Shown here in pieces: positions 1 to 15,000 of a stretch of DNA of 64,000 nt. The position numbers were made by a program, and so were the translations under genes. The stretch is taken from the NCBI GenBank assembly GCA_964016885.1, contig OZ024741.1, forward strand, positions 6,386,001-6,450,000, in the 5' to 3' direction. The notes beneath the pieces are model-generated. The model was not told the origin of the DNA and ran no database searches. It saw nothing but the letters and a program-made list of their open reading frames with translations. Source of the DNA: Eledone cirrhosa. Its lineage: Eukaryota. Numbering within the stretch: position 1 is the stretch's first letter; every line of letters begins with the position of its first letter.

Positions 1-3000
1 ATGTAAAGGTATTCTGTACCTGACAGGTATAAAGGTATTCTGTACCTGACAGATGTAAAGGTATTCTGTTCCTGACAGATGTAAAGTTATTCTGTACCTG
101 ACAGATGTAAAGGTATTCTGTACCTGACAGGTATAAAGGTATTCTGTACCTGACAGATGTAAAGGTATTCTGTACCTGACAGGTATAAAGGTATTCTGTT
201 CCTGACAGGTATAAAGGTATTCTGTACCTGACAGATGTAAAGGTATTCTGTACCTGACAGGTATAAAGGTATTCTGTACCTGACAGGTATAACGGTATTC
301 TGTACCTGACAGGTATAAAGGTATTCTGTACCTGAGAGATATAAAGGTATTCTGTACCTGTCAGGTATAAAGGTATTCTGTACCTGACTGGTATAAAGGT
401 ATGCTGTACCTGACAGGTATAAAGGTTTTCCGTACCTGACCGATGTAAAGATACTCTGTACCTGACAGATGTAAAGGTATTCTGTACCTGACAGGTATAA
501 AGGTATTCTGTACCTGACAGATGTAAAGGTATTCTGTTCCTGACAGATGTAAAGTTATTCTGTACCTGACAGATGTAAAGGTATTCTGTACCTGACAGGT
601 ATAAAGGTATTCTTTACCTGACAGATGTAAAGGTATTCTGTACCTGACAGGTATAAAGGTATTCTGTTCCTGACAGGTATAAAGGTATTCTGTACCTGAC
701 AGATGTAAAGGTATTCTGTACCTGACAGGTATAAAGGTATTCTGTACCTGACAGGTATAAATGTATTCTGTACCTGACAGGTATAAAGGTATTCTGTACC
801 TGACAGATGTAAAGGTATTCTGTACCTGACAGGTATAAAGGTATTCTGTACCTGACAGGGATAAAGGTATTCTGTTCCTGACAGATGTAAAGGTATTCTG
901 TACCTGACAGATGTAAAGATATTCTGTTCCTGACAGGTATAAAGGTATTCTGTACCTGACAGATATAAAGGTATTCTGTTCCTGACAGATGTAAAGGTAT
1001 TCTGTACCTGACAGATGTAAAGGTATTCTGTACCTGACAGGTATAAAGGTATTCTGTACTTGACAGGTATAAAGGTATTCTGTACCTGAGAGATATAAAG
1101 GTATTCTGTACCTGACAGGTATAAAGGTATTCTGTACCTGACAGGTATAAAGGTATTCTGTACCTGACAGTTTTAAAGGTATTCTGTTCCTGACAGGTAT
1201 AAAGGTATTCTGTACCTGACAGATGTAAAGGTATTCTGTACCTGACAGATGTAAAGGTATTCTGTACCTGACAGGTATAAAGGTATTCTGTTCCTGACAG
1301 GTATAAATGGATTCTGTACCTGACAGATGTAAAGGTATTCTGTACCTGACAGGTATAAAGGTATGCTGTACCTGACAGATGTAAAGGTATTCTGTACCTG
1401 ACAGATATAAAGGTATTGTGTACCTGTCAGGTATAAAGGTATTCTGTACCTGACAGGTATAAAGGTATTCTGTTCCTGACAGATGTAAAGGTATTCTGTA
1501 CCTGACAGGTATAAACGTATTCTGTACCTGACAGGTATAAACGTATTCTTTACCTGACAGATAAAAAGGTATTCTGTACCTGTCATGTATAAAGGTATTC
1601 TGTACCTGACAGGTATAAAGGTATTCTGTACCTGACAGGTATAAAGGTATTCTGTACCTGAGAGATATAAAGGTATTCTGTACCTGTCAGGTATAAAGGT
1701 ATTCTGTACCTGACTGGTATAAAGGTATGCTGTACCTGACAGATGTAAACGTATTCTGTACCTGACAGATGTAAAGGTATTCTGTACCTGACAGATATAA
1801 AGGTATTGTGTACCTGTCAGGTATAAAGGTATTCTGTACCTGACAGGTATAAAGGTATTCTGTTCCTGACAGATGTAAAGGTATTCTATACCTGACATGT
1901 ATAAACGTATTCTGTACCTGACAGGTATAAACGTATTCTGTACCTGACAGATAAAAAAGTATTCTGTACCTGTCAGGTATAAAGGTATTCTGTACCTGAC
2001 AGGTATAAAGGTATTCTGTACCTGACAGGTATAAAGGTATTCTGTACCTGAGAGATATAAAGGTATTCTGTACCTGTCAGGTATAAAGGTATTCTGTACC
2101 TGACTGGTATAAAGGTGTGCTGTACCTGACAGGTATAAAGGTTTTCAGTACCTGACCGATGTAAAGATATTCTGTACCTGACAGATGTAAAGGTATTCTG
2201 TACCTGACAGGTATAAAGGTATTCTGTACCTGACAGGTATAAAGGTATTCTGTATCTGACAGATAAAAAGGTATTCTGTACCTGACAGATGTAAAGGTAT
2301 TCTGTACCTGACAGGTATAAATGTATTCTGTACCTGACAGATGTAAAGGTATTCTGTTCCTGACAGATATAAAGGTATTCTGTACCTGACAGATGTAAAG
2401 GTATTCTGTACCTGACAGGTATAAAGGTATTCTGATCCTGACAGGTATAAAGGTATTCTGTACCTGACAGATGTAAAGGTATTCTGTACCTGACAGGTAT
2501 AAAGGTATTCTGTACCTGACAGGTATAAAGGCATTCTGTACCTGACAGATGTAAAGGTATTCTGTACCTGACAGGTATAAAGGTATTCTGTACCTGACAG
2601 GGATAAAGGTATTCTGTTCCTGACAGATGTAAAGGTATTCTGTACCTGACAGATGTAAAGATATTCTGTTCCTGACAGGTATAAAGGTATTCTGTACCTG
2701 ACAGGTATAAAGGTATTCTGTTCCTGACATATGTAAAGGTATTCTGTACCTGACAGATGTAAAGGTATTCTGTACCTGACAGGTATAAGGTATTCTGTAC
2801 CTGACAGATATAAAGGTATTCTTTCCTTACATGTATAAAGGTATTCTGTACCTGACAGATATAAAGGTATTCTGTACCTGACAGGTATAAATTATTCTGT
2901 ACCTGACAGGTATAAAGGTATTCTGTACCTGACAGGTATAAAGGTATTCTGTACCTGACAGGTATGAAGGTATTCTGTTCCTGACAGGAATAAAGGTATT

Positions 3001-6000
3001 CTGTACCTAACAGGTATAAAGGTATTCTGTACCTGACAGATATAAAGGTATTCTGTACCTGACAGGTATAAAGGTATTCTGTACCTCACAGATGTAAAGG
3101 TATTCTGTTCCTGACAGATGTAAAGTTATTCTGTACCTGACAGATGTAAAGGTATTCTGTTCCTGACAGATATAAAGGTATTCTGTTCCTGACAGATGTA
3201 AAGGTATTCTGTACCTGACAGGTATAAAGGTATTCTGTACCTGACAGTTTTAAAGGTATTCTGTTCCTGACAGGTATAAAGGTATTCTGTACCTGACAGA
3301 TGTAAAGGTATTCTGTACCTGACAGATGTAAAGGTATTCTGTACCTGACAGGCATAAAGGTATTCTGTTCCTGACAGGTATAAAGGGATTCTGTACCTGA
3401 CAGATGTAAAGGTATTCTGTACCTGACAGGTATAAAGGTATGCTGTACCTGACAGATGTAAAGGAATTCTGTACCTGACAGATGTAAAGGTATTCTGTAC
3501 CTGACAGATATAAAGGTATTCTGAACCTGACAGGTATAAAGGTATTCTGTACCTGACAGGTATGAAAGTATTCTGTACCTGACAGGTATAAAGGTATTCT
3601 GTACCTGAAAGGTATGAAGGTATTCTGTTCCTGGCAAGGATAAAGGTATTCTGTACCTGACAGGTATAAAGGTATTCTGTACCTGACAGATATAAAGGTA
3701 TTCGGTACCTGACAGATATAAAGGTATTCTGTACCTGACAGGTATAAAGGTATTCTGTACCTGACAGATGTAAAGGTATACTGTACCTGACAGATGTAAA
3801 GGTATTCTGTACCTGACAGGTATAAAGGTATTCTGTACTTGACAGGTATAAAGGTATTCTGTACCTGACAGGTATAAAGGTATTCTGTACCTGACAGGTA
3901 TAAAGGTATTCTGTACCTGACAGGTATAAAGGTATTCTGTTCCTGACAGGTATAAAGGTATTCTGTACCTGACAGATGTAAAGGTATTCAGTACCTGACA
4001 GGTATAAAGGTATTCTGTACTTGACAGGTATAAAGGTATTCTGTACCTGACAGGTATAAAGGTATTCTGTACCTGACAGGTATAAAGGTATTCTGTACCT
4101 GACAGGTATAAAGGTATTCTGTTCATGACAGATATAAAGGTATTCTGTACCTGACAGATGTAAAGGTATGCTGTACCTGACAGGTATAAAGGTATTCTGT
4201 ACCTGACAGGTATAAAGGTATTCTGTTCCTGACAGGTATAAAGGTATTCTGTACCTGACAGATGTAAAGGTATTCTGTACCTGACAGGTATAAAGGGATT
4301 CTGTTCCTGACAGGTATAAAGGGATTCTGTACCTGACAGATGTAAAGGTATTCTGTACCTGACAGGTATAAATGTATGCTGTACCTGACAGATGTAAAGG
4401 CATTCTGTACCTGACAGATGTAAAGGTATTCTGTACCTGACAGATATAAAGGTATTGTGTACCTGTCAGGTATAAAGGTATTCTGTACCTGACAGGTATA
4501 AAGGTATTCTTTTCCTGACAGATGTAAAGGTATTCTATACCTGACAGGTATAAACGTATTCTGTACCTGACAGGTATAAACGTATTCTGTACCTGACAGA
4601 TAAAAAAGTATTCTGTACCTGTCAGGTATAAAGGTATTCTGTACTTGACAGGTATAAAGGTATTCTGTACCTGACAGGTATAAAGGTATTCTCTTCCTGA
4701 CAGATGTAAAGGTATTCTGTACCTTACAGGTATAAAGGTATTCTGTACCTGAAAGTATAAAGGTATTCTGTATCTGATAGATATAAAGATATTCTGTACC
4801 TGACAGATGTAAAGGTATTCTGTTCCTGACAGATATAAAGGTATTCTGTACCTGACAGATATAAAGGTATTCTGTACCTGACAGATGTAAAGGTATTCTG
4901 TACCTGACAGATGTAAAGGTATTCTGTACCTGACAGGTATAAAGGTATTCTGTACCTGACAGGGATAAAGGTATTCTGTTCCTGACAGATGTAAAGGTAT
5001 TCTGTACCTGACAGATGTAAGGATATTCTGTTCCTGACAGGTATAAAGGCATTCTGTACCTGTCAGGTATAAAGGTATTCTGTTCCTGACATGTATAAAG
5101 GTATTCTGTACCTGACAGATATAAAGGTATTCTGTACCTGACAGGTATAAAGGTATTCTGTTCCTGACAGGTATAAAGGTATTCTGTACCTGACAGATGT
5201 AAAGGTATTCAGTACCTTACAGGTATAAAGGTATTCTGTACTTGACAGGTATAAAGGTATTCTGTACCTGACAGGTATAAAGGTATTCTGTACCTGACAG
5301 GTATAAAGGTATTCTGTACCTGACAGGTATAAAGGTATTCTGTTCCTGACAGGTATAAAGGTATTCTGTACCTGACAGATGTAAAGGTATTCTGTACCTG
5401 ACAGGTATAAAGGTATTCTGTACCTGACAGGTATAAAGGTGTTCTGTTCCTGACAGGTATAAAGGTATTCTGTACCTGACAGATGTAAAGGTATTCTGTA
5501 CCTGACAGGTATAAAGGTATTCTGTTCCTGACAGGTATAAAGGGATTCTGTACCTGACAGATGTAAAGGTACTCTGTACCTGACAGGTATAAATGTATGC
5601 TGTACCTGACAGATGTAAAGGTATTCTGTACCTGACAGATGTAAAGGTATTCTGTACCTGACAGATATAAAGGTATTGTGTACCTGTCAGGTATAAAGGT
5701 ATTCTGTACCTGACAGGTATAAAGGTATTCTTTTCCTGACAGATGTAAAGGTATTCTATACCTGACAGGTATAAACGTATTCTGTACCTGACAGGTATAA
5801 ACGTATTCTGTACCTGACAGATAAAAAAGTATTCTGTACCTGTCAGGTATAAAGGTATTCTGTACTTGACAGGTATAAAGGTATTCTGTACCTGACAGGT
5901 ATAAAGGTATTCTGTTCCTGACAGATGGAAAGGTATTCTGTACCTGACAGGTATAAAGGTATTCTGTACCTGACAGGTATAAAGGTATTCTGTACCTGAT

Positions 6001-9000
6001 AGATATAAAGATATTCTGTACCTGACAGATGTAAAGGTATTCTGTTCCTGACAGATATAAAGGTATTCTGTACCTGACAGATATAAAGGTATTCTGTACC
6101 TGACAGATGTAAAGGTATTCTGTACCTGACAGATGTAAAGGTATTCTGTACCTGACAGGTATAAAGGTATTCTGTACCTGACAGGGATAAAGGTATTCTG
6201 TTCCTGACAGATGTAAAGGTATTCTGTACCTGACAGATGTAAAGATATTCTGTACCTGACAGATATAAAGGTATTCTGTACCTGACAGGTATAAATTATT
6301 CTGTACCTGACACGCATGAAGGTATTCTGTACATGACAGGTATAAAGGTATTCTGTACCTGACAGGTATGAAGGTATTCTGTTCCTGACAGGTATAAAGG
6401 TATTCTGTACCTGACAGGTATAAAGGTATTCTGTACCTGACAGATATAAAGGTCATCTGTACTTGACAGGTATAAAGGTATTCTGTACCTGACAGATGTA
6501 AAGGTATTCTGTACCTGACAGATGTAAAGTTATTCTGTACCTGACAGGTATAAAGGTATTCTGTACTTGACAGGTATAAAGGTATTCTGTACCTGAGAGA
6601 TATAAAGGTATTCTGTACCTGAGAGGTATAAAGGTATTCTGTACCTGACAGGTATAAAAGTATTCTGTACCTGACAGTTTTAAAGGTATTCTGTTCCTGA
6701 CAGGTATAAAGGTATTCTGTACCTGACAGATGTAAAGGTATTCTGTACCTGACAGATGTAAAGGTATTCTGTACCTGACAGTTATAAAGGTATTCTGTTC
6801 CTGACAGGTATAAAGGGATTCTGTACCTGACAGATGTAAAGGTATTCTGTACCTGACAGGTATAAAGGTATGCTGTACCTGACAGATGTAAAGGTATTCT
6901 GTACCTGACAGATGTAAAGGTATTCTGTACCTGACAGATATAAAGGTATTGTGTACCTGTCAGGTATAAAGGTATTCTGTACCTGACAGGTATAAACGTA
7001 TTCTGTACCTGACAGGTATAAACGTATTCTGTACCTGACAGATAAAAAAGTATTCTGTACCTGTCAGGTATAAAGGTTTTCTGTACCTGACAGGTATAAA
7101 GGTATTCTGTACCTGACAGGTATAAAGGTATTCTGTACCTGAGAGATATAAAGGTATTCTGTACCTGTCAGGTATAAAGGTATTCTGTACCTGACTGGTA
7201 TAAAGGTATGCTGTACCTGACAGGTATAAAGGTTTTCCGTACCTGACCGATGTAAAGATACTCTGTACCTGACAGATGTAAAGGTATTCTGTACCTGACA
7301 GGTATAAAGGTATTCTGTACCTGACAGGTATAAAGGTATTCTGTATCTGACAGATAAAAAGGTATTCTGTACCTGACAGATGTAAAGGTATTCTGTACCT
7401 GACAGGTATAAAGGTATTCTGTACCTGACAGATGTAAAGGTATTCTGTTCCTGACCGATGTAAAGGTATTCTGTTCCTGACAAATATAAAGGTATTCTGT
7501 TCCTGACAGATGTAAAGGTATTCTGTACCTGACAGGTATAAAGGTATTCTGTACCTGACAGATGTAAAGGTATTCTGTACCTGACAGGTATAAAGGTATT
7601 CTGTTCCTGACAGGTATAAAGCTATTCTGTTCCTGACAGGTATAAAGGTATTCTGTACCTGACGGATGTAAAGGTATTCTGTACCTGACAGGTATAAAGG
7701 TATTCTGTACCTGACAGGTATAAAGGTATTCTGTACCTGACAGATGTAAAGGTATTCTATACCTGACAGATGTAAAGGTATTCTGTACCTGACAGATATA
7801 AAGGTATTCTGTACCTGACAGATGTAAAGGTATTCTGTTCCTGAGAGATGTAAAGGTATTCTGTACCTGACAGGGATAAAGGTATTCTGTACCTGGCAGG
7901 TATAAAGGTATTCTGTTCTGGACAGATATAAAGGTATTCTGTACCTGACAGATAAAAGGTATTCTGTACCTGACAGATGTAAAGGTATTCTGTACCTGAC
8001 AGGTATAAAGGTATTCTGTACTTGACAGGTATAAAGGTATTCTGTACCTGACAGGTATAAAGGTATTCTGTTCCTGACAGGTTTAAAGGTATTCTGTTCC
8101 TGACAGGTATAAAGGTATTCTGAACCTGACAGATGTAAAGGTATTCTGTACCTGACAGGTATAAAGGTATTCTGTACCTGACAGGTATAAAGGTATTCTG
8201 TTCCTGACAGGTATAAAGGGATTCTGTACCTGACAGATGTAAAGGTATTCTGTACCTGACAGGTATAAATGTATGCTGTACCTGACAGATATAAAGGTAT
8301 TCTGTACCTGACAGATAAAAGGTCTTCTGTACCTGACAGATAAAAAAGTATTCTGTACCTGTCAGGAATAAAGGTATTCTGTACTTGACAGGTATAAAGG
8401 TATTCTGTACCTGACAGGTATAAAGGTATTCTGTTCCTGACAAATGTAAAGGTATTCTGTACCTGACAGGTATAAAGGTATTCTGTACCTGACAGGTATA
8501 AAGGTATTCTGTACCTGATAGATATAAAGATATTCTGTACCTGACAGATGTAAAGGTATTCTGTTCCTGACAGATATAAAGGTATTCTGTACCTGACAGA
8601 TATAAAGGTATTCTGTACCTGACAGATGTAAAGGTATTCTAAACCTGACAGATGTAAAGGTATTCTGTACCTGACAGGTATAAAGGTATTCTGTACCTGA
8701 CAGGGATAAATGTATTCTGTTCCTGACAGATGTAAAGGTATTCTGTACCTGACAGATGTAAAGATATTCTGTTCCTGACAGGTATAAAGGTATTCTGTAC
8801 CTGACAGATATAAAGGTATTCGGTACCTGACAGATATAAAGGTATTCTGTACTTGACAGGTATAAAGGTATTCTTACCTGACAGGTATAAAGGTATTCTG
8901 TACCTGACAGGTATAAAGGTATTCTGTACCTGACAGGTATAAAGGTATTCTGTACCTGACAGGTATAAAGGTATTCTATACCTGACAGATGTAAAGGTAT

Positions 9001-12000
9001 TCTGTACCTGACAGATGTAAAGGTATTCTGTACCTGACAGATGTAAAGATATTCTTTTCCTGACAGGTATAAAGGTATTCTGTACCTGACAGATATAAAG
9101 GTATTCGGTACCTGACAGATATAAAGGTATTCTGTACTTGACAGGTATAAAGGTATTCTGTACCTGACAGGTATAAAGGTATTCTGTACCTGACAGGTAT
9201 AAAGGTATTCTGTACCTGACAGGTACAAAGGTATTCTGTACCTGACAGGTATAAAGGTATTCGGTACCTGACAGATATAAAGGTATTCTGTACTTGACAG
9301 GTATAAAGGTATTCTGTACCTGGCAGGTATAAAGGTATTCTGTACCTGACAGGTATAAAGGTATTCGGTACCTGACAGGTATAAAGGTATTCTGTACCTG
9401 ACAGATGTAAAGGTATTCTGTACCTGACAGGTATAAAGGTATTCTGTACTTGACAGGTATAAAGGTATTCTGTACCTGACAGGTATAAAGGTATTCTGTA
9501 CCTGACAGGTATAAAGGTATTCTGTACCTGACAGGTATAAAGGTATTCTGTTCCTGATATGTATAAAGGTATTCTGTACCTGACAGATGTAAAGGTATTC
9601 AGTACCTGACAGGTATAAAGGTATTCTGTAATTGACAGGTATAAAGGTATTCTGTACCTGACAGGTATAAAGGTATTCTGTACCTGACAGATATAAAGGT
9701 ATTCTGTACCTGACAGGTATAAAGGTATTCTGTTCCTGACAGGTATAAAGGTATTCTGTACCTGACAGATGTAAAGGTATTCTGTACCTGACAGGTATAA
9801 AGGTATTCTGTACCTGACAGGTATAAAGGTATTCTGTTCCTGACAGGTATAAAGGTATTCTGTACCTGACAGATGTAAAGGTATTCTGTACCTGACAGGT
9901 ATAAAGGTATTCTGTTCCTGACAGGTATAAAGGGATTCTGTACCTGACAGATGTAAAGGTATTCTGTACCTGACAGGTATAAATGTATGCTGTACCTGAC
10001 AGATGTAAAGGTATTCTGTACCTGACAGATGTAAAGGTATTCTGTACCTGACAGATATAAAGGTATTGTGTACCTGTCAGGTATAAAGGTATTCTGTACC
10101 TGACAGGTATAAAGGTATTCTTTTCCTGACAGATGTAAAGGTATTCTATACCTGACAGGTATAAACGTATTCTGTACCTGACAGGTATAAACGTATTCTG
10201 TACCTGACAGATAAAAAAGTATTCTGTACCTGTCAGGTATAAAGGTATTCTGTACTTGACAGGTATAAAGGTATTCTGTACCTGACAGGTATAAAGGTAT
10301 TCTGTTCCTGACAGATGTAAAGGTATTCTGTACCTGACAGGTATAAATTATTCTGTACCTGACACGTATAAAGGTATTCTGTACCTGACAGGTATAAAGG
10401 TATTCTGTACCTGACAGGTATGAAGGTATTCTGTTCCTGACAGGTATAAAGGTATTCTGTACCTGACAGGTATAAAGGTATTCTGTACCTGACAGATATA
10501 AAGGTCTTCTGTACCTGACAGGTATAAAGGTATTCTGTACCTGACAGATGTAAAGGTATTCTGTACCTGACAGATGTAAAGGTATTCTGTACCTGACAGG
10601 TATAAAGGTATTCTGTACTTGACAGGTATAAAGGTATTCTGTACCTGAGAGATATAAAGGTATTCTGTACCTGAGAGGTATAAAGGTATTCTGTACCTGA
10701 CAGGTATAAAGGTATTCTGTACCTGACACTTTTAAAGGTATTCTGTTCCTGACAGGTATAAAGGTATTCTGTACCTGACAGATGTAAAGGTATTCTGTAC
10801 CTGACAGATGTAAAGGTATTCTGTACCTGACAGGTATAAAAAGATTCTGTTCCTGACAGGTATAAAGGGATTCTGTACCTGACAGATGTAAAGGTATTCT
10901 GTACCTGACAGGTATAAAGGTATGCTGTACCTGACAAATGTAAAGGTATTCTGTACCTGACAGATGTAAAGGTATTCTGTACCTGACAGATATAAAGGTA
11001 TTGTGTACCTGTCAGGTATAAAGGTATTCTGTACCTGACAGGTATAAAGGTATTCTGTTCCTGACAGATGTAAAGGTATTCTGTACCTGACAGGTACAAA
11101 CGTATTCTGTACCTGACAGGTATAAACGTATTCTGTACCTGACAGATAAAAAAGTATTCTGTACCTGTCAGGTATAAAGGTATTCTGTACCTGACAGGTA
11201 TAAAGGTATTCTGTACCTGACAGGTATAAAGGTATTCTGTACCTGAGAGATATAAAGGTATTCTGTACCTGTCAGGTATAAAGGTATTCTGTACCTGACT
11301 GGTATAAAGGTATGCTGTACCTGACAGGTATAAAGGTTTTCCGTACCTGACCGATGTAAAGATACTCTGTACCTGACAGATGTAAAGGTATTCTGTAACT
11401 GACAGGTATAAAGGTATTCTGTACCTGACAGGTATAAAGGTATTCTGTATCTGACAGATAAAAAGGTATTCTGTACCTGACAGATGTAAAGGTATTCTGT
11501 ACTTGACAGGTATAAAGGTATTCTGTACCTGACAGATGTAAAGGTATTCTGTTCCTGACAGATGTAAAGTTATTCTGTACCTGACAGATGTAAAGGTATT
11601 CTGTTCCTGACAGATATAAAGGTATTCTGTTCCTGACAGATGTAAAGGTATTCTGTACCTGACAGGTATAAAGGTATTCTGTACCTGTCAGATGTAAAGG
11701 TATTCTGTACCTGACAGGTATAAAGGTATTCTGTTCCTGACAGGTAAAAAGGTATTCTGTACCTGACAGATGTAAAGGTATTCTGTACCTGAAAGGTATA
11801 AATGTATTCTGTACCTGACAGGTATAAAGGTATTCTGTACCTGACAGATGTAAAGGTATTCTGTACCTGACAGGTATAAAGGTATTCTGTACCTGACAGG
11901 TATAAAGGTATTCTGTACCTGACAGATGTAAAGGTATTCTATACCTGACAGATGTAAAGGTATTCTGTACCTGACAGATATAAAGGTATTCTGTACATGA

Positions 12001-15000
12001 CAGATGTAAAGGTATTCTGTTCCTGAGAGATGTAAAGGTATTCTGTACCTGACAGGGATAAAAGTATTCTGTACCTGGCAGGTATAGAGGTATTCTGTTC
12101 TGGACAGGTATAAAAGTATTCTGTACCTGACAGATAAAAGGTATTCTGTACCTGACAGATGTAAAGGTATTCTGTACCTGACAGGTATAAAGGTATTCTG
12201 TACTTGACAGGTATAAAGGTATTCTGTACCTGACAGGTATAAAGGTATTCTGTACCTGACAGGTTTAAAGGTATTCTGTTCCTGACAGGTATAAAGGTAT
12301 TCTGTACCTGACAGATGTAAAGGTATTCTGTACCTGACAGGTATAAAGGTATTCTGTACCTGACAGGTATAAAGGTATTCTGTTCCTGACAGGTATAAAG
12401 GGATTCTGTACCTGACAGATGTAAAGGTATTCTGTACCTGACAGATGTAAAGGTATTCTGTACCTGACAGATATAAAGGTATTGTGTACCTGTCAGGTAT
12501 AAAGGTATTCTGTACCTGACAGGCATAAAGGTATTCTGTTCCTGACAGATGTAAAGGTATTCTATACCTGACAGGTATAAACGTATTCTGTACCTGACAG
12601 GTATAAACGTATTCTGTACCTGACAGATAAAAAAGTATTCTGTACCTGTCAGGTATAAAGGTATTCTGTACTTGACAGGTATAAAGGTATTCTGTACCTG
12701 ACAGGTATAAAGGTATTCTGTTCCTGACAGATGTAAAGGTATTCTGTACCTGACAGGTATAAAGGTATTCTGTACCTGACAGGTATAAAGGTATTCTGTA
12801 CCTGATAGATATAAAGATATTCTGTACCTGACAGATGGAAAGGTATTCTGTACCTGACAGGTATAAAGGTATTCTGTACATGACAGGGATAAAGGTATTC
12901 TGTTCCTGACAGATGTAAAGGTATTCTGTACCTGACAGTTGTAAAGATATTCTGTTCCTGACAGGTATAAAGGTATTCTGTACCTGACAGGTATTAAGGT
13001 ATTCTGTTCCTGACAGATGTAAAGGTATTTTGTACCTGACAGATGTAAAGGTATTCTGTACCTGACAGGTATAAAGGTATTCTGTACCTGACAGATATAA
13101 AGGTATTCTGTTCCTGACATGTATAAAGGTATTCTGTACCTGACAGATATAAAGGTATTCTGTACCTGACAGGTATAAATTATTCTGTACCTGACAGGTA
13201 TAAAGGTATTCTGTACCTGACAGGTATAAAGGTATTCTGTACCTGACAGGTATGAAGGTATTCTGTTCCTGACAGGTATAAAGGTATTCTGTACCTGACA
13301 GGTATAAAGGTATTCTGTACCTGACAGATATAAAGGTCTTCTGCACCTGACAGGTATAAAGGTATTCTGTACCTGACAGATGTAAAGGTATTCTGTACCT
13401 GACAGATGTAAAGGTATTCTGTACCTGACAGGTATAAAGGTATTCTGTACTTGACAGGTATAAAGGTATTCTGTACCTGAGAGATATAAAGGTATTCTGT
13501 ACCTGAGAGGTATAAAGGTATTCTGTACCTGACAGGTATAAAGGTATTCTGTACCTGACAGTTTTAAAGGTATTCTGTTCCTAACAGGTATAAAGGTATT
13601 CTGTACCTGACAGATGTAAAGGTATTCTGTACCTGACAGGTATAAAGGTATTCTGTACCTGACAGATATAAAGGTATTCTGTTCCTGACATGTATAAAGG
13701 TATTCTGTACCTGACAGATATAAAGGTATTCTGTACCTGACAGGTATAAATTATTCTGTACCTGACAGGTATAAAGGTATTCTGTACCTGACAGGTATAA
13801 AGGTATTCTGTACCTGACAGGTATGAAGGTATTCTGTTCCTGACAGGTATAAAGGTATTCTGTTCCTGACAGGTATAAAGGGATTCTGTACCTGACAGAT
13901 GTAAAGGTATTCTGTACCTGACAGGTATAGAGGTATGCTGTACCTGACAGATGTAAAGGTATTCTGTACCTGACAGATGTAAAGGTATTCTGTACCTGAC
14001 AGATATAAAGGTATTCTGTACCTGTCAGGTATAAAGGTATTCTGTACCTGACAGGTATAAAGGTATTCTGTTCCTGACAGATGTAAAGGTATTCTGTACC
14101 TGACAGGTATAAACGTATTCTGTACCTGACAGGTATAAACGTATTCTGTACCTGACAGATAAAAAAGTATTCTGTACCTGTCAGGTATAAAGGTATTCTG
14201 TACCTGACAGGTATAAAGGTATTCTGTACCTGCCAGGTATAAAGGTATTCTGTACCTGACAGATGTAAAGGTATTCTGTACATGACAGATATAAAGGTAT
14301 TCTGTACCTGTCAGATATAAAGGTATTCTGTACCTGACTGGTATAAAGGTATGCTGTACCTGACAGGTATAACGGTTTTCCGTACCTGACCGATGTAAAG
14401 ATACTCTGTACCTGACAGATGTAAAGGTATTCTGTACCTGACTGATATAAAGGTATTCTGTACCTGACAGGTATAAAGGTATTCTGTATCTGACAGATAA
14501 AAAGGTATTCTGTACCTGACAGATGTAAAGGTATTCTGTACCTGACAGATGTAAAGGTATTCTGTTCCTGACAGATGTAAAGTTATTCTGTACATGACAG
14601 ATGTAAAGGTATTCTGTTCCTGACAGATATAAAGGTATTCTGTTCCTGACAGATGTAAAGGTATTCTGTACCTGACAGGTATAAAGGTATTCTGTACCTG
14701 ACAGATGTAAAGGTATCCTGTACCTGACAGGTATAAAGGTATTCTGTTCCTGACAGGTATAAAGGTATTCTGTACCTGACAGATGTAAAGGTATTCTGTA
14801 CCTGACAGGTATAAAGGTATTCTGTACCTGACAGGTATAACGGTATTCTGTACCTGACAGATGTAAAGGTATTCTGTACCTGACAGGTATAAAGGTATTC
14901 TGTACCTGACAGGTATAAAGGTATTCTGTACCTGACAGATGTAAAGGTATTCTATACCTGACAGATGTAAAGGTATTCTGTACCTCACAGATATAAAGGT

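Noticed and set aside
24-36. TATA boxes (TATAAA) and splice-donor-like CAG/GTA in each unit
   Set aside because: These are short motifs that are simply part of the monomer, with no gene context to support a function.
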